Assembly (NCBI GenBank): GCA_050011195.1
Contig: JBEKJO010000004.1
Location: 10,619-74,618 of the forward strand
Length of the DNA: 64,000 nt
Source of the DNA: Verrucomicrobiota bacterium
GTDB taxonomy: Bacteria > Verrucomicrobiota > Verrucomicrobiia > Limisphaerales > UBA8199
Reading direction: 5' to 3'
Part shown: in pieces, positions 28,297-38,059 of the stretch
How positions within the stretch are numbered: position 1 is the stretch's first letter
How the letters are laid out: the number at the start of each line of letters is the position of its first letter
Translations under genes and position numbers: made by a program
Notes under the pieces: model-generated
What the model saw: the letters and a program-made list of their open reading frames with translations, nothing else
What the model was told of the DNA's origin: nothing
The model's database searches: none

Positions 28297-30102
28297 ATGC
28301 AGGCAACGGCCCAGGCAATTCCGCATTCAGACGTTCATGCAGCGCCCCATGAGGAGGCGGGTTTCTGGAGCACGTACGTCTTTTCCACGGACCACAAGGT
28401 CATCGGCATTCAGTATGGCATCACCGCGTTGTTCTTCCTCCTGTTCGGATTCTCCCTGATGATGATCATGCGCTGGCAAATCGCCCACCCGGGCGAGGCG
28501 GTGCCCGTGCTGGGCCCGCTGCTGGCGGCGCTCTTCGGGGACGTGGCGGCCAAGGGCATCGTGTCGCCGGACCTCTACAATTCCTTTGGCGCGATGCACG
28601 GGACGATCATGGTCTTTCTGGGCATCGTGCCGCTGGCCTTTGCGGCGTTCGGCAATTACGTCGTCCCGCTGCAAATCGGAGCGCCGGACATGGCCTTCCC
28701 GCGCGTGAACATGGCCAGCTACCAGGCTTATGTGGTCGGCGGGGTGATCATGTTTACCAGCTTCTTCATCCCGGGCGGCCCCGCCCAGGCCGGCTGGACC
28801 TCCTACTCCCCGCTGGCCACCTCGATTCCGACCGACGGGCAGACCTTCTGGATCATTGGCATGGTGTTTCTCATCACCTCGTCGCTGTTGGGCGCGGTCA
28901 ACTTCATCGCCACGATCATTCAGTTGCGCGCGCCCGGCCTGACATGGATGCGCCTGCCGTTTTTCGTCTGGGCGCAATTCGTCACGGCCTTCCTGCTCCT
29001 GCTGGCCTTTCCGCCGCTGGAAGCCGCCGCCGTCATGCAGTTGATGGACAAGGTAGCGCACACCAGCTTCTTCCTGCCGACCGGCCTGGCCATCGGCGGC
29101 AACCTTGCCCACGTCAGCGGCGGCGGCAGCCCCCTCTTGTGGCAGCACCTGTTCTGGTTCCTGGCGCACCCGGAGGTCTATGTGCTCATTTTGCCGGCCA
29201 TGGGCATCGTCGCCGAGATTATCGCCAATAACACGCGCAAGCCCATTTGGGGTTACAAGTCCCTCGTCTATTCTGTCCTGACGATCGGCTTCCTCTCCTT
29301 CATCGTCTGGGCGCATCACATGTATCTGACCGGCATGGGCATCCGCATCGCCACCTTTTTCCAGACCACCACGATGATCATCTCGATCCCGTCCGTCATC
29401 GTCCTCACCTGCATGTTCATCTCGCTGTGGGGCGGGTCGATTCGCTTCAACACGCCGATGCTCTTTGTCATGGCCTTTCTGCCCATGTTCGGCATCGGCG
29501 GCCTGACCGGGCTGCCCCTCGGCCTCAGTTACAGCGACATCCACCTGCACGACACCTATTACGTCATCGCGCACTTCCATTACATCGTCGCGCCCGGCAC
29601 CATCTTCGCCCTGTTCGCGGGCATCTACTACTGGTTCCCCAAGATCACCGGGCGGATGATGAGCGAATTCTGGGGCCGGGTGCATTTCTGGCTCTCGCTG
29701 ATTTTCATGAATCTGATCTTCCAGCCGATGTTTGCCCAGGGCATGGCCGGCATGTTGCGGCGCATGGCGGACGGCGGCGCGAATTACTCGCAGGCCCGCG
29801 TGGAGAACGCGGTCGGCGGTTTGAGCGCGGGCATTATGCGCCTGCACACTTACATCCTCTGGGCGGCGGTCGGTCTGGCGCTCGCGCAGATTCCTTTCAT
29901 CATCAATCTCTTCTGGAGTATCCACCACGGGAAGCCGGCGGGCTCGGACAATCCCTGGGAAGCCACGACCCTCGAATGGCAGACCCCCACGCCGCCGCCG
30001 CACGGCAATTTCCTCACGCCCCCTGAAGTCCATCGCGGACCCTATGAATATAGCGTGCCGGGCCACGCCCGGGATTTCACGCCCCAGAACCAACCGGACT
30101 GA
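28297..30102 (+). CDS. ctaD: Cytochrome c oxidase subunit I (A-family)
   Basis: TDHKVIG, MHGTIM, DMAFPR, HPEVY, WAHH, LHDTYYVIAHFHY. Confidence 0.97.
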   Translation: MQATAQAIPHSDVHAAPHEEAGFWSTYVFSTDHKVIGIQYGITALFFLLFGFSLMMIMRWQIAHPGEAVPVLGPLLAALFGDVAAKGIVSPDLYNSFGAMHGTIMVFLGIVPLAFAAFGNYVVPLQIGAPDMAFPRVNMASYQAYVVGGVIMFTSFFIPGGPAQAGWTSYSPLATSIPTDGQTFWIIGMVFLITSSLLGAVNFIATIIQLRAPGLTWMRLPFFVWAQFVTAFLLLLAFPPLEAAAVMQLMDKVAHTSFFLPTGLAIGGNLAHVSGGGSPLLWQHLFWFLAHPEVYVLILPAMGIVAEIIANNTRKPIWGYKSLVYSVLTIGFLSFIVWAHHMYLTGMGIRIATFFQTTTMIISIPSVIVLTCMFISLWGGSIRFNTPMLFVMAFLPMFGIGGLTGLPLGLSYSDIHLHDTYYVIAHFHYIVAPGTIFALFAGIYYWFPKITGRMMSEFWGRVHFWLSLIFMNLIFQPMFAQGMAGMLRRMADGGANYSQARVENAVGGLSAGIMRLHTYILWAAVGLALAQIPFIINLFWSIHHGKPAGSDNPWEATTLEWQTPTPPPHGNFLTPPEVHRGPYEYSVPGHARDFTPQNQPD

Positions 30103-30104
30103 GC

Positions 30105-30887
30105 ATGGACATCCCCTACACAGTTGAGCCCCGCCCGGACACCGGCCTTTACAACGCCAAGGTCGGCATCTGGCTCTTTCTGGCTTCGGAAGTCATGCTC
30201 TTCGGCGCGTTGTTCTCGTCCTACATTCTGCTGCGCGTGGGCGCCCCGGAGGGTTACTGGCCGCGCGGCTGGTTGAACGTCCCCATCGGCACGGTGAACA
30301 CCCTGGTGCTGATCACCTCCAGCATCACCACCGTCATGGCCTGGGCGTCCTGCAAGATGAACCAGTTTGGCCGCTTCAAGGTGTTCCACGCCGCCACCCT
30401 CCTGCTGGCCCTGACCTTCGTCTGCATCAAGTCGTACGAATACCACGACAAGTTTACCCATTACGAAATCACCCTCCGGGACGGACGGATCGCCGACGGC
30501 CACCTCGTGGCGAACGACCCGAAGGCCGATCACGTCGTCATCTCCGGCCGCTATGTTCAGGACCGCAAAGACCTGTTCGACCTGGAAGTCCGCCCGGCGC
30601 CCCGCCACCACGAAGAACTGAGCATCCCCCGGAGCCAGATCGAGAAAATGGAGCGCTATGGCCCCTGGCACCACACCTACCTGGCCATCTATTTCACCCT
30701 CACCGGGCTGCACGCCTTGCACGTCATTGGCGGCGCCATCGTCATCGGCTTCCTCTGGGGGCCGGGCAGCAAACTATGGGAAACCGACCCGGAGCGCTTC
30801 ACCAACCGCATCGAGATTTCCGGCCTGTTCTGGCACTTCGTCGATCTGGTCTGGATTTTCCTGTTCCCTGTGTTATACTTGATATAA
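30105..30887 (+). CDS. ctaE: Cytochrome c oxidase subunit III
   Basis: WLFLASEVMLFG, NTLVLITSS, TGLHALHV, FWHFVDLVW. Confidence 0.94.
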   Translation: MDIPYTVEPRPDTGLYNAKVGIWLFLASEVMLFGALFSSYILLRVGAPEGYWPRGWLNVPIGTVNTLVLITSSITTVMAWASCKMNQFGRFKVFHAATLLLALTFVCIKSYEYHDKFTHYEITLRDGRIADGHLVANDPKADHVVISGRYVQDRKDLFDLEVRPAPRHHEELSIPRSQIEKMERYGPWHHTYLAIYFTLTGLHALHVIGGAIVIGFLWGPGSKLWETDPERFTNRIEISGLFWHFVDLVWIFLFPVLYLI

Positions 30888-30893
30888 GAAATT

Positions 30894-31211
30894 ATGACAG
30901 CTCAGGACCACGAAAGTCTCAACGAGCACGTGCGGCGCTACCTCTACGTCTTCTACGCGCTGCTCTTCGGCACGCTCGTCACGGTCGGCGCCTCCTACAT
31001 CCCCTTTGGCAACCACGCCATCAACATCGCCGTGGCGCTCTTTATCGCCTGCGGCAAGGCCTTTCTGGTCGCCGCCTTTTTCATGCACCTCATCTCCGAG
31101 CGGAAGATGATCTACGGCCTGCTGGCCTTCACGGCCTGCTTTTTCCTCGGGCTGATGTTTTTGACCCTCTCCGCCTATGGAGACTTTCCACGCCTGACCG
31201 TCACCCGCTGA
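30894..31211 (+). CDS. Cytochrome c oxidase subunit IV family
   Basis: 3 TM; IACGKAFLVAAFFMHL. Confidence 0.88.
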   Translation: MTAQDHESLNEHVRRYLYVFYALLFGTLVTVGASYIPFGNHAINIAVALFIACGKAFLVAAFFMHLISERKMIYGLLAFTACFFLGLMFLTLSAYGDFPRLTVTR

Positions 31212-31213
31212 TT

Positions 31214-31423
31214 ATGTCGCTCAAGACCTTCCATCTCCTCTTTATCACGGCTTCCAGCGCCCTGGCCTTTGGCTGCGGCGTCTGGGGGCTAAGAGACTTC
31301 TTTTCACCGGAGGGCCGGGCCTGGGACCTCGTCTTTGGCCTGGGCGCGCTCGCCGTTGGCATCGGCCTGATCTTCTACGAACGCTATTTCCTGAAGAAGC
31401 TCAAGCGCGTCAGTTACCTATGA
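31214..31423 (+). CDS. Small two-TM protein in cox operon
   Basis: MSLKTFHLLFI...YERYFLKKLK (69 aa), 3' part of ORF 30776..31423. Confidence 0.75.
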   Translation: MSLKTFHLLFITASSALAFGCGVWGLRDFFSPEGRAWDLVFGLGALAVGIGLIFYERYFLKKLKRVSYL

Positions 31424-31902
31424 ATTGCCCCAGTCAACAGCGCCGGATTTCAGGTTTCACTCTTCGGCCTGCCTTCGGCTTTCGGCTTTCGGCTTTCGGT
31501 ATTCGGCCTTCCTTCGGATTTCGGTTTTCGGGTTTCGGATTTCACCTCCGGTCGCTGCTGTCCGGCCTGATAGTCGCGCTGGCGTTTCAGCCGGACCTGC
31601 TCTGGGCCTGCGCCGCCTGTGCCGGCCAATCCGACTCGCCGATGGCCAAAGGCATGAACTGGGGCATTTTCAGCCTGCTGGCGGTGATTGGAGTGGTGCT
31701 GGGAGGCGTGGTCTCGTTCTTCGTTTATCTGGCAAAAAGGTCCGCGACTGTTGCAGCCGAACCCGCAAAACCCAAGCAAGGGAGGGCGAGCGTCCCCGCG
31801 AGCCCTGATTCCCGCAGAGCTCCTGAGAAGTTTGGGCTTGCGGGGACGCTCGCCCTCCACAGCACCGCGCCGCTGCTGGAATCAACCCGCTCGGTCTTAT
31901 GA
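31420..31902 (+). CDS. Small membrane protein with CxxC motif; N-terminus formed by a heptamer tract, C-terminus by a REP doublet
   Basis: WACAACAGQSDSPMAKGMNWGIFSLL; ATGA-coupled on both sides. Confidence 0.7.
   Translation: MNCPSQQRRISGFTLRPAFGFRLSAFGIRPSFGFRFSGFGFHLRSLLSGLIVALAFQPDLLWACAACAGQSDSPMAKGMNWGIFSLLAVIGVVLGGVVSFFVYLAKRSATVAAEPAKPKQGRASVPASPDSRRAPEKFGLAGTLALHSTAPLLESTRSVL
31444..31542 (+). repeat. Degenerate CGGNTTT heptamer tract
   Basis: cggcttt cggcttt cggcttt cggtatt cggcctt ... cggattt cggtttt cgggttt cggattt. Confidence 0.85.
31780..31858. repeat. REP doublet of the RAYT-flanking family, inside a CDS
   Basis: gggagggcgagcgtccccgcgagcc...gagaagtttgggcttgcggggacgctcgccctcc. 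Confidence 0.9.
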
Positions 31903-32660
31903 TGGAAAAACTGTTAGGATTACCGCCCGTCGCGTCGGAACAAGGCCGGCATGTTGATGCCCTGATCATCTATATGCACTGGCTGATGATCGCGCTGTTC
32001 GTGGGCTGGCTGGCCTACTTTGCCTACGCCCTCTTCCGCTTCCGCCGCGCGCGCAATCCCAAAGCCGATTACGTCGGCGTGAGGAACCACGCTTCGAGTT
32101 ATGTCGAGTTCGCCGTGGCGGCAGTCGAGGGAGCGCTGCTCATCTTTCTTGCCGTGCCGCTGTGGGCCAAGGCGGTGGACAAGTTTCCCGACAAGCGGCA
32201 AGCCACCGTAATTCACGTCATCGGCCAGCAATTTAACTGGAACGTCATGTATGCGGATAAGGACGGCGAGTTCGGCCGTCAGGAAATGCGCTTCGTCAGT
32301 GCGACGAATCTCTTTGGCCTGGACCCGAGCGACCCGCGCGGCAAAAACAACATTCAGGTCACTGGCCTGGGCGAAATGCACGTGCCGGTCAACAAGCCGG
32401 TCATCTGTTACATCAGCTCGAAAGATGTCATTCACTCCTTCAAGGTGATCGCCATGCGCGTGACGCAGGACGCCATCCCCGGCATGAGAATCCCGATCTG
32501 GTTTACGCCAGTCAAAGAGGGCCGCTATCAGATCAACTGCGCCCAACTCTGCGGCAACTCCCATTCGGCTATGGCGTCAGGCATGTTGGTGGTGGAAAGC
32601 CAGACCGCTTTCGACAAGTGGCTCGCCTCCAAAGCCGGCGCCGCCACCAGCTTTGAATAG
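31899..32660 (+). CDS. ctaC: Cytochrome c oxidase subunit II (CuA)
   Basis: 2 TM, QQFNW, SKDVIHSF, DAIPG, CAQLCGNSHSAM. Confidence 0.94.
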   Translation: MMEKLLGLPPVASEQGRHVDALIIYMHWLMIALFVGWLAYFAYALFRFRRARNPKADYVGVRNHASSYVEFAVAAVEGALLIFLAVPLWAKAVDKFPDKRQATVIHVIGQQFNWNVMYADKDGEFGRQEMRFVSATNLFGLDPSDPRGKNNIQVTGLGEMHVPVNKPVICYISSKDVIHSFKVIAMRVTQDAIPGMRIPIWFTPVKEGRYQINCAQLCGNSHSAMASGMLVVESQTAFDKWLASKAGAATSFE

Positions 32661-32666
32661 TTGTTC

Positions 32667-32746
32667 GGGAGGGCGAGCGTCCCCGCGAGCCCTGATTTTC
32701 GCAGCCTTCTTGAGAAGTTTGGGCTCGCGGGGACGCTCGCCCTCCC
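32667..32746. repeat. REP doublet of the RAYT-flanking family
   Basis: gggagggcgagcgtccccgcgagcc...gagaagtttgggctcgcggggacgctcgccctccc. Confidence 0.9.
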
Positions 32747-32767
32747 TTGCCCGCCGACCGCCCGACC

Positions 32768-34246
32768 CTACGGCGACCGCACCCGATAAAACCGCTGCGC
32801 GCTGTTCGTCGTCTGCGGGTCGCTGAATTGGAACTGGCCGGGCGAGACTTCCGTGGCGTCGCCGAGCGGCGTGCAGTTGCTCAACGGCAGTGCTGGATTC
32901 GTGGCACCCACCACGCCGAAGAAGGCTCCCGGCGTGTTCGTAAAGGCGAATTGGAACGAGCCGTTGGCCAGCGTTTGGGCGCCTGACAAGATGATTTGGG
33001 ACGCGGGCGGCGCAGCCACCAGCGCTAGGCTGTGGTAGGCCATAGAACCGCTGAAGACACCAGCGAAGCGTTGACTGGCGGCGAGCGGGGCCGTGTTTAC
33101 CGCCACCGGCACCGTACTGTAGCCTATGCCGTTGTCGCCGAGTTGACCGTGGTCGTTGCGGCCCCAGGCCGCCAAAGTGCCGTCCGAGCATAGTGCCAAG
33201 CCGTCGTCACCCGCCGCGATGGCAACAACTGTTTTGCCATAGAGTGCCGAGACACCGGAATTCGTGTTCACCGCGACCGGCGCGTTGCGCTGCGTCGTAG
33301 TGTTGTCGCCGAGCTGGCCATCAAAGTTGTCGCCCCACGCGGCCAAGGTGCCGTCCGAGCAAAGCGCCAGGCTGTGGTGGGCTCCAGCACCGATAGCCAC
33401 CACTGTCTTGCCAAAAAGCGCCGAGCCCGAAGCCGTGTCCACCGCCACCGGCACCGTACTGTAGCCTGTGCCGTTGTCGCCGAGTTGGCCGTAGTTGTCG
33501 TAGCCCCAGGCGGCCACCGTTCCGTCCGAGCACAGCGCCAGGCTGTGGTACCCGCCCGCCGCGATGGCCACCACTGTCTTGCCATGAAGTGCCGAGACGC
33601 CCGCAGCGGTGTTCACTGCCACCGGCACGAGGTGCTGCGTTGTGGTATTGTCTCCGAGGTCGCCGTGCTCGTTGTCTCCCCAGGCGACCACCGTGCCGTC
33701 CGAGCATAGCGCCAGGCTATGGCCGGAATCTGTGTTACCGCCCGCCGCAAGGGCAACCACCGTCTTGCCCGTCAGCACGCCCGTACTCGTCACCGGCACC
33801 GGCGCGTGCCGATCCGTCGTGCTGTTGTCGCCCAGTTCGCCGTAGAAGTTGTAGCCCCAGGCGAAAGCGCGGTTGCTGGCCCAGACCAGCACCAGGTCAC
33901 TGCCGCTGCCGCCGTAGTAGTTGGCTACGAACCGGTAAGTGACCCCGCCGTAGCTCAACGCCACCGCCTGCCCCTGGGCGAGGTTGTCGAACGTGCCGAC
34001 AATGAACCCGAGTGCCGTGTTGCTCACCACCATCAAATCCGTGCCCGTGGCGGGCGCGAAGTTGAGCGTGAAGTTCACCGTGTTGCCCGTGGCCGTGTAG
34101 CCGTTGGTCGTGACGGGCACGTCCGTGGCGGAGTTCCAGACGGCGTTCACTGTGGCCGCCGATGCCAGCCTGGCCGCAAGGCACAGGGCGGCGAGCACGA
34201 CCGCGCCGAGTCCCCTTGTGAGGCTGAAACCTTCGATTGCTTTCAT
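32768..34246 (-). CDS. Secreted RCC1/BLIP-II repeat protein with C-terminal Q-FYRVR tail
   Basis: Repeated HSLALCSDGT-AAWG-N--GQLGDN; signal peptide. Confidence 0.9.
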   Translation of the reverse strand: MKAIEGFSLTRGLGAVVLAALCLAARLASAATVNAVWNSATDVPVTTNGYTATGNTVNFTLNFAPATGTDLMVVSNTALGFIVGTFDNLAQGQAVALSYGGVTYRFVANYYGGSGSDLVLVWASNRAFAWGYNFYGELGDNSTTDRHAPVPVTSTGVLTGKTVVALAAGGNTDSGHSLALCSDGTVVAWGDNEHGDLGDNTTTQHLVPVAVNTAAGVSALHGKTVVAIAAGGYHSLALCSDGTVAAWGYDNYGQLGDNGTGYSTVPVAVDTASGSALFGKTVVAIGAGAHHSLALCSDGTLAAWGDNFDGQLGDNTTTQRNAPVAVNTNSGVSALYGKTVVAIAAGDDGLALCSDGTLAAWGRNDHGQLGDNGIGYSTVPVAVNTAPLAASQRFAGVFSGSMAYHSLALVAAPPASQIILSGAQTLANGSFQFAFTNTPGAFFGVVGATNPALPLSNCTPLGDATEVSPGQFQFSDPQTTNSAQRFYRVRSP

Positions 34247-34428
34247 AGACTCAAGCTTGAACTTGGCAGCCTTTGTGACCTGCTACTGCTCTTATGCCAA
34301 AGTAGAAAAAGGAATGCAAGCCCTTTTCGCCATTATTTGCGCGCCCCAATCACTACGATTGGCCCTCCCCGCCGCCCTCCGCGCCTCCGGTGCTTGCCAA
34401 CTGAAAGGCTCAGGAGTATGTAGTCTGC

Positions 34429-34665
34429 ATGAAAGTCGAGAAGATCAGGCAGGCGCTGCATGCCCAGCCGTTCCGTCCCTTCTTCATCCATTTGGCCGAT
34501 GGCGGACGTCTTCCCATCATGCACGAGGACTTCGTGGCTTTGGAGCCGGCGGGGCGCGAGATCATTGTATATCTGCGGAACAACACCCACCAAATCATTG
34601 ATGTGCTGATGATCACCCGCCTGGAAGTCGGGGTTCGCAATGGCGCCAGGAAGCCGCGCCGTTAA
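34429..34665 (+). CDS. Small hypothetical protein
   Basis: IRQALHAQPFRPFFIHLADG...H; AGGAG upstream. Confidence 0.65.
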   Translation: MKVEKIRQALHAQPFRPFFIHLADGGRLPIMHEDFVALEPAGREIIVYLRNNTHQIIDVLMITRLEVGVRNGARKPRR

Positions 34666-34689
34666 ACCACGCTTCGATCCTGCTCAAGC

Positions 34690-35340
34690 ATGAGCAACGC
34701 TGTTCGCCAGGCGCCGAGAATTGAATGGCCGGTCTGGGGCGGCCTGGCGTTAGTCATCTTGCTTTTGCTCGTGCTACTCAAGTACCAGGGCGTTTCCGAC
34801 CAGCCACTTCCCGTCTATGGCCAAATCGCCGACTTCACGCTCACCAACCAGAATGGCCGCGCGGTCTCGCTGGCCGACCTGCGCGGGCAGGTCTGGGTGG
34901 CCGACATCATCTTCACGCGCTGCCCCGGCCCTTGCCTGAACATGACCAGGCAGATGAAGGCCCTCCAGGACGCGCTGCCACCGGGCAGCCAGACTAAACT
35001 CGTTACGCTGACCACCGATGCCGATTTCGATACCCCGCCGGTCCTGAAAGCCTATGCCGAACGGTTCGAGGCCGACCCGCGCCGCTGGATGTTTCTAACG
35101 GGCACGAAACAGGAGCTTGCAAAGCTGGCCATTGACTCCCTCAAGTTGACCGCCATCGAAAAGAAACCCGAAGAGCGCGAGTCGCCCCAGGACCTTTTCG
35201 TCCACAGCACCATCTTTGTCATCGCCGACAAGCGCGCCCGGTTGCGCGGCGTGTTCGAGACCACCGGCGAAGGCATCAACCCGCAGAACGTGAAAGCGCG
35301 GATTCTCGCCGCCGTCAGGCGATTGGAGCGCGAGCCGTGA
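34690..35340 (+). CDS. SCO1/SenC copper chaperone
   Basis: DFTLTNQNG, IFTRCPGPC, DTPPVL, HST. Confidence 0.93.
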   Translation: MSNAVRQAPRIEWPVWGGLALVILLLLVLLKYQGVSDQPLPVYGQIADFTLTNQNGRAVSLADLRGQVWVADIIFTRCPGPCLNMTRQMKALQDALPPGSQTKLVTLTTDADFDTPPVLKAYAERFEADPRRWMFLTGTKQELAKLAIDSLKLTAIEKKPEERESPQDLFVHSTIFVIADKRARLRGVFETTGEGINPQNVKARILAAVRRLEREP

Positions 35341-35780
35341 GCCTCGCCGACCTGCCTGCCGTCAACGCCTCCCTCAACGGCCTCAGCGCGCTCTTTCTGG
35401 GCGCCGGCTATTACTTCATCCGCCGCAAGAACCAGGCCGCCCACCGCAACTGCATGATCGCCGCGTTCGCCGCGTCCACGCTCTTCCTCGCCTGTTATCT
35501 CACCTACCACGGCTGCTTGGCGTACTATCTGCACCGGGGGCCAACCGTCTTCCGGGAGCCGGGCTGGTTTCGCCCGGTCTATTTGGGGATTCTCCTGACC
35601 CACACCCTACTGGCCGTGGTGATTGTGCCGCTGGCGCTCATCACGCTTCAGCGCGCGCTCCGGCGGCGGTTCGACCGGCACAAGCAGATCGCCCGCTGGA
35701 CGTGGCCGTGCTGGATGTATGTCTCCGTGACCGGCGTGCTGATCTACCTGCTGCTCTACCGGATCTTCCCCCAGAAATAG
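35337..35780 (+). CDS. DUF420 (CtaM-like) membrane protein
   Basis: LPAVNASLN, AHRNCM, ILLTH, HKQIARWT..W.YVSVTG. Confidence 0.88.
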   Translation: MSLADLPAVNASLNGLSALFLGAGYYFIRRKNQAAHRNCMIAAFAASTLFLACYLTYHGCLAYYLHRGPTVFREPGWFRPVYLGILLTHTLLAVVIVPLALITLQRALRRRFDRHKQIARWTWPCWMYVSVTGVLIYLLLYRIFPQK

Positions 35781-35861
35781 GCGGAAATCGGCCTCCGGCT
35801 ATTTGGCCGGCTTACAGAGGAGTGCGTAAGATACGCTACACCCGGCACGTGTGGCGGCTCT

Positions 35862-35902
35862 CCCTCTCCCCATCCGATGGGGAGAGGGCCGGGGTGAGGG
35901 GG
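35862..35902. repeat. CCCTCTCCCC-type palindromic repeat
   Basis: ccctctccccatccgatggggagagggccggggtgagggg. Confidence 0.75.
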
Positions 35903-35915
35903 CACGGTGCGTAGT

Positions 35916-36683
35916 CTATCCTCCAGTCTGCCGTGTAAGATTGCGCAGTTCATCGCGCACTTGCGCCGCCCGCTCGTAGTCCTCGCAATTGATCGCTTCG
36001 TGCAATGCCCGCTCCAGCTTCTCCCGGCGCGACAGCGGGCGTTTGGCGCGGATTTCCTCCAGCCAATTCTCCAAGGACTGCACCTCGCCGCCCGTTTCGG
36101 CGGCTTCACCGCGCCCATGTTCATGGCAAAAAGTGCGAATCTTCTCCAGCCCCTCTTCAATCTGCTGCATCGCCAGCCCGTGGTCGTTGACCGCCAGTGC
36201 CTGCGCCGCCCGCGCGCGGGTCAGCACCATCAGCAATTGCGGTCGAAACTGCTCCAACGACCAGGCCAGTTCCTCGCTCTCGGCGTGTTGGCTGACAAAA
36301 TCGAACACCGCCAGGTTCCGCTCGGCGTCGCGTATCACCCCGGCGTAATCTTCCAACTGCAAGAGGCAGATGTAGCGATGGTGATATTGCAGCGCCTCGA
36401 GCTGGAGCCGGGCGCAATCCTCCGCCTTCAACTTGAACCCCTGGTCGCTGCCGCCGTGCGCCGCCACGTACCGGTGCAGCCGCGCGCGGTAGTGCTCAAA
36501 CAGGGACGGCTGGCCGAAAGGCCGCTTGCCGTCCGGCCGGCCCTCGGTGTTCATTTGCAGCAAACCCAAGTCCACGCGAAGCTGGATTTTCTCCCGCCCG
36601 TCCTTGGCCTTGAACCGGCGCACGACCACCTGGCCCGGCTGGTACTCCCACTGGTCCAGGAAATGCGATATGTCGAAATCCAT
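35916..36683 (-). CDS. UvrB/UvrC (UVR) motif-containing uncharacterised protein
   Basis: C-term LHEAINCEDYERAAQVRDEL; paralog of 52930..53694. Confidence 0.82.
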   Translation of the reverse strand: MDFDISHFLDQWEYQPGQVVVRRFKAKDGREKIQLRVDLGLLQMNTEGRPDGKRPFGQPSLFEHYRARLHRYVAAHGGSDQGFKLKAEDCARLQLEALQYHHRYICLLQLEDYAGVIRDAERNLAVFDFVSQHAESEELAWSLEQFRPQLLMVLTRARAAQALAVNDHGLAMQQIEEGLEKIRTFCHEHGRGEAAETGGEVQSLENWLEEIRAKRPLSRREKLERALHEAINCEDYERAAQVRDELRNLTRQTGG

Positions 36684-36792
36684 GCGCCGAATATGGCGGC
36701 GGCTTCCCGCCAAGTCAACGACTCACCCACAGACTGCTCACCTCCGCTCGGGCGCATCTTCTCGTGGGGTATCACCAGTTCGCGCGCTGGCT

Positions 36793-36900
36793 CCCTCTCC
36801 CTGCGAGGGACGAGCGGGGAGAGGGCCGGGGTGATGGGTCCGTCTTTGCCTTGGGGTTCAGGGGCGCAAAGCGCGTCAAATGGTCGGGGCGTTCTCTCCC
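36793..36900. repeat. Relative of the 27250..27394 MITE-like element
   Basis: ccctctccc...ggggagagggccggggtg..gtctttgccttggggttca shared. Confidence 0.6.
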
Positions 36901-36949
36901 GCCAGCTCAGACTTGAACTGCCGCCCGCTTTCCGCCAAAACACTGGCGC

Positions 36950-37963
36950 ATGTCATCCATTGTCCAGGTCGCCATTCACGCCAGCCAGTTCCCGGAGAAT
37001 GTCCGGCGCGACTTGCTCGAGTCACTGCGCACCCGCCGGGTGAACCACAAATTCCACTACGACAGCCTCAAGCAAACCCAGCAATGGCTCGCGTTGCACC
37101 AGGCCCTCTCCCCCTCGCGTACCGACCCGGACTGCGCCGCCACTTACGATCGCAGCTTCGCCGCCGTCGCCGCCCGCCTTGACTCCCGGCGCGTGCATCT
37201 CATCGGCCTCGGCTGCGGCGGGGGACAGAAGGACACGCGCCTGCTGAAGCTGCTTCAGGCGTCAGGCCGGAAAACGTTCTACACCCCCTCGGATGTCAGC
37301 GCCGCCATGGTCCTCGTGGCGCGGCAGGCAGCCACGGCGGTGGTTTCCCCGGAAGACTGCTCTCCGCTGGTCTGCGATTTGGCCTCCGCTGACGATCTGC
37401 CCCAGGTGCTCGACGCGCTCCCCGTGTCCGACGCCACGCGGCTCATCACCTTCTTCGGCATGATTCCTAACTTCGAGCCGCAAGTCATCTTGCCGCGGCT
37501 GGCGGGACTGCTGCGCCCCGGGGATTATCTGCTCTTGAGCGCCAATCTCGCCCCCGGCGCCGATTACGCCGCCGGCGTCCAACGCATCCTGCCCCTCTAC
37601 GACAATGCCCCCACCCGCGACTGGCTGATGCTGTTCCTGCTGGACCTCGGCGTGCAGGCCAACGATGGCGAACTCCGCTTTGCCCTCGAAGACGATCCGG
37701 CGGGCAGCGGCCTCAAACGCGTGACGGCCTCTTTCCAGTTCGCTCGCCCGCGCGAAATCCAAGTCGAGGCGCAGCGATTCCACTTTCCCCCCGGCGAATC
37801 AATTCGTCTGTTCTTCTCTTGGCGGCACACCCCCGCGCTCGTGCGAAGCCTGCTCGCTCAGCACAGCTTGAACGTCCTCGACCAATGGATCACAAGGTCC
37901 GGCGAGGAAGGCGTGTTTCTGGTCTCCGTAAACCGTACCCACGCGGAAAAGAACCACAGATGA
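36950..37963 (+). CDS. EgtD-like SAM-dependent methyltransferase (histidine N-alpha-methyltransferase family), divergent
   Basis: HKFHYD, LGCGGGQKD, PSDVS, FFGMIPNF, YDN, GESIRLFFS. Confidence 0.72.
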   Translation: MSSIVQVAIHASQFPENVRRDLLESLRTRRVNHKFHYDSLKQTQQWLALHQALSPSRTDPDCAATYDRSFAAVAARLDSRRVHLIGLGCGGGQKDTRLLKLLQASGRKTFYTPSDVSAAMVLVARQAATAVVSPEDCSPLVCDLASADDLPQVLDALPVSDATRLITFFGMIPNFEPQVILPRLAGLLRPGDYLLLSANLAPGADYAAGVQRILPLYDNAPTRDWLMLFLLDLGVQANDGELRFALEDDPAGSGLKRVTASFQFARPREIQVEAQRFHFPPGESIRLFFSWRHTPALVRSLLAQHSLNVLDQWITRSGEEGVFLVSVNRTHAEKNHR

Positions 37964-38042
37964 ACACAGATTCATTTGTTCCTCCTAATCTTAATCTTAA
38001 TCTTAATCTCCACGCTGTGTCCATCTGTGTCCATCTGTGGTT
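37952..38042. repeat. AACCACAGATGAACACAGAT hairpin enclosing (TAATCT)4; supplies stop codon of upstream gene
   Basis: aaccacagatgaacacagat ... atctgtgtccatctgtggtt. Confidence 0.8.
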
Positions 38043-38059
38043 GCCTTGAGTTCTTCCGG

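Noticed and set aside
28327-30093. 588-aa antisense ORF (also 13601..15358, 7968..9647, 20853..22103, 16989..18500, 50002..51417, 57405..58748)
   Set aside because: Shadow ORFs opposite clear genes, expected in high-GC DNA; no recognisable motifs.
32990-33870. Near-identical DNA repeats in the RCC1 gene
   Set aside because: Ordinary propeller-blade repeats; no reverse transcriptase or separate template repeat to suggest a DGR.
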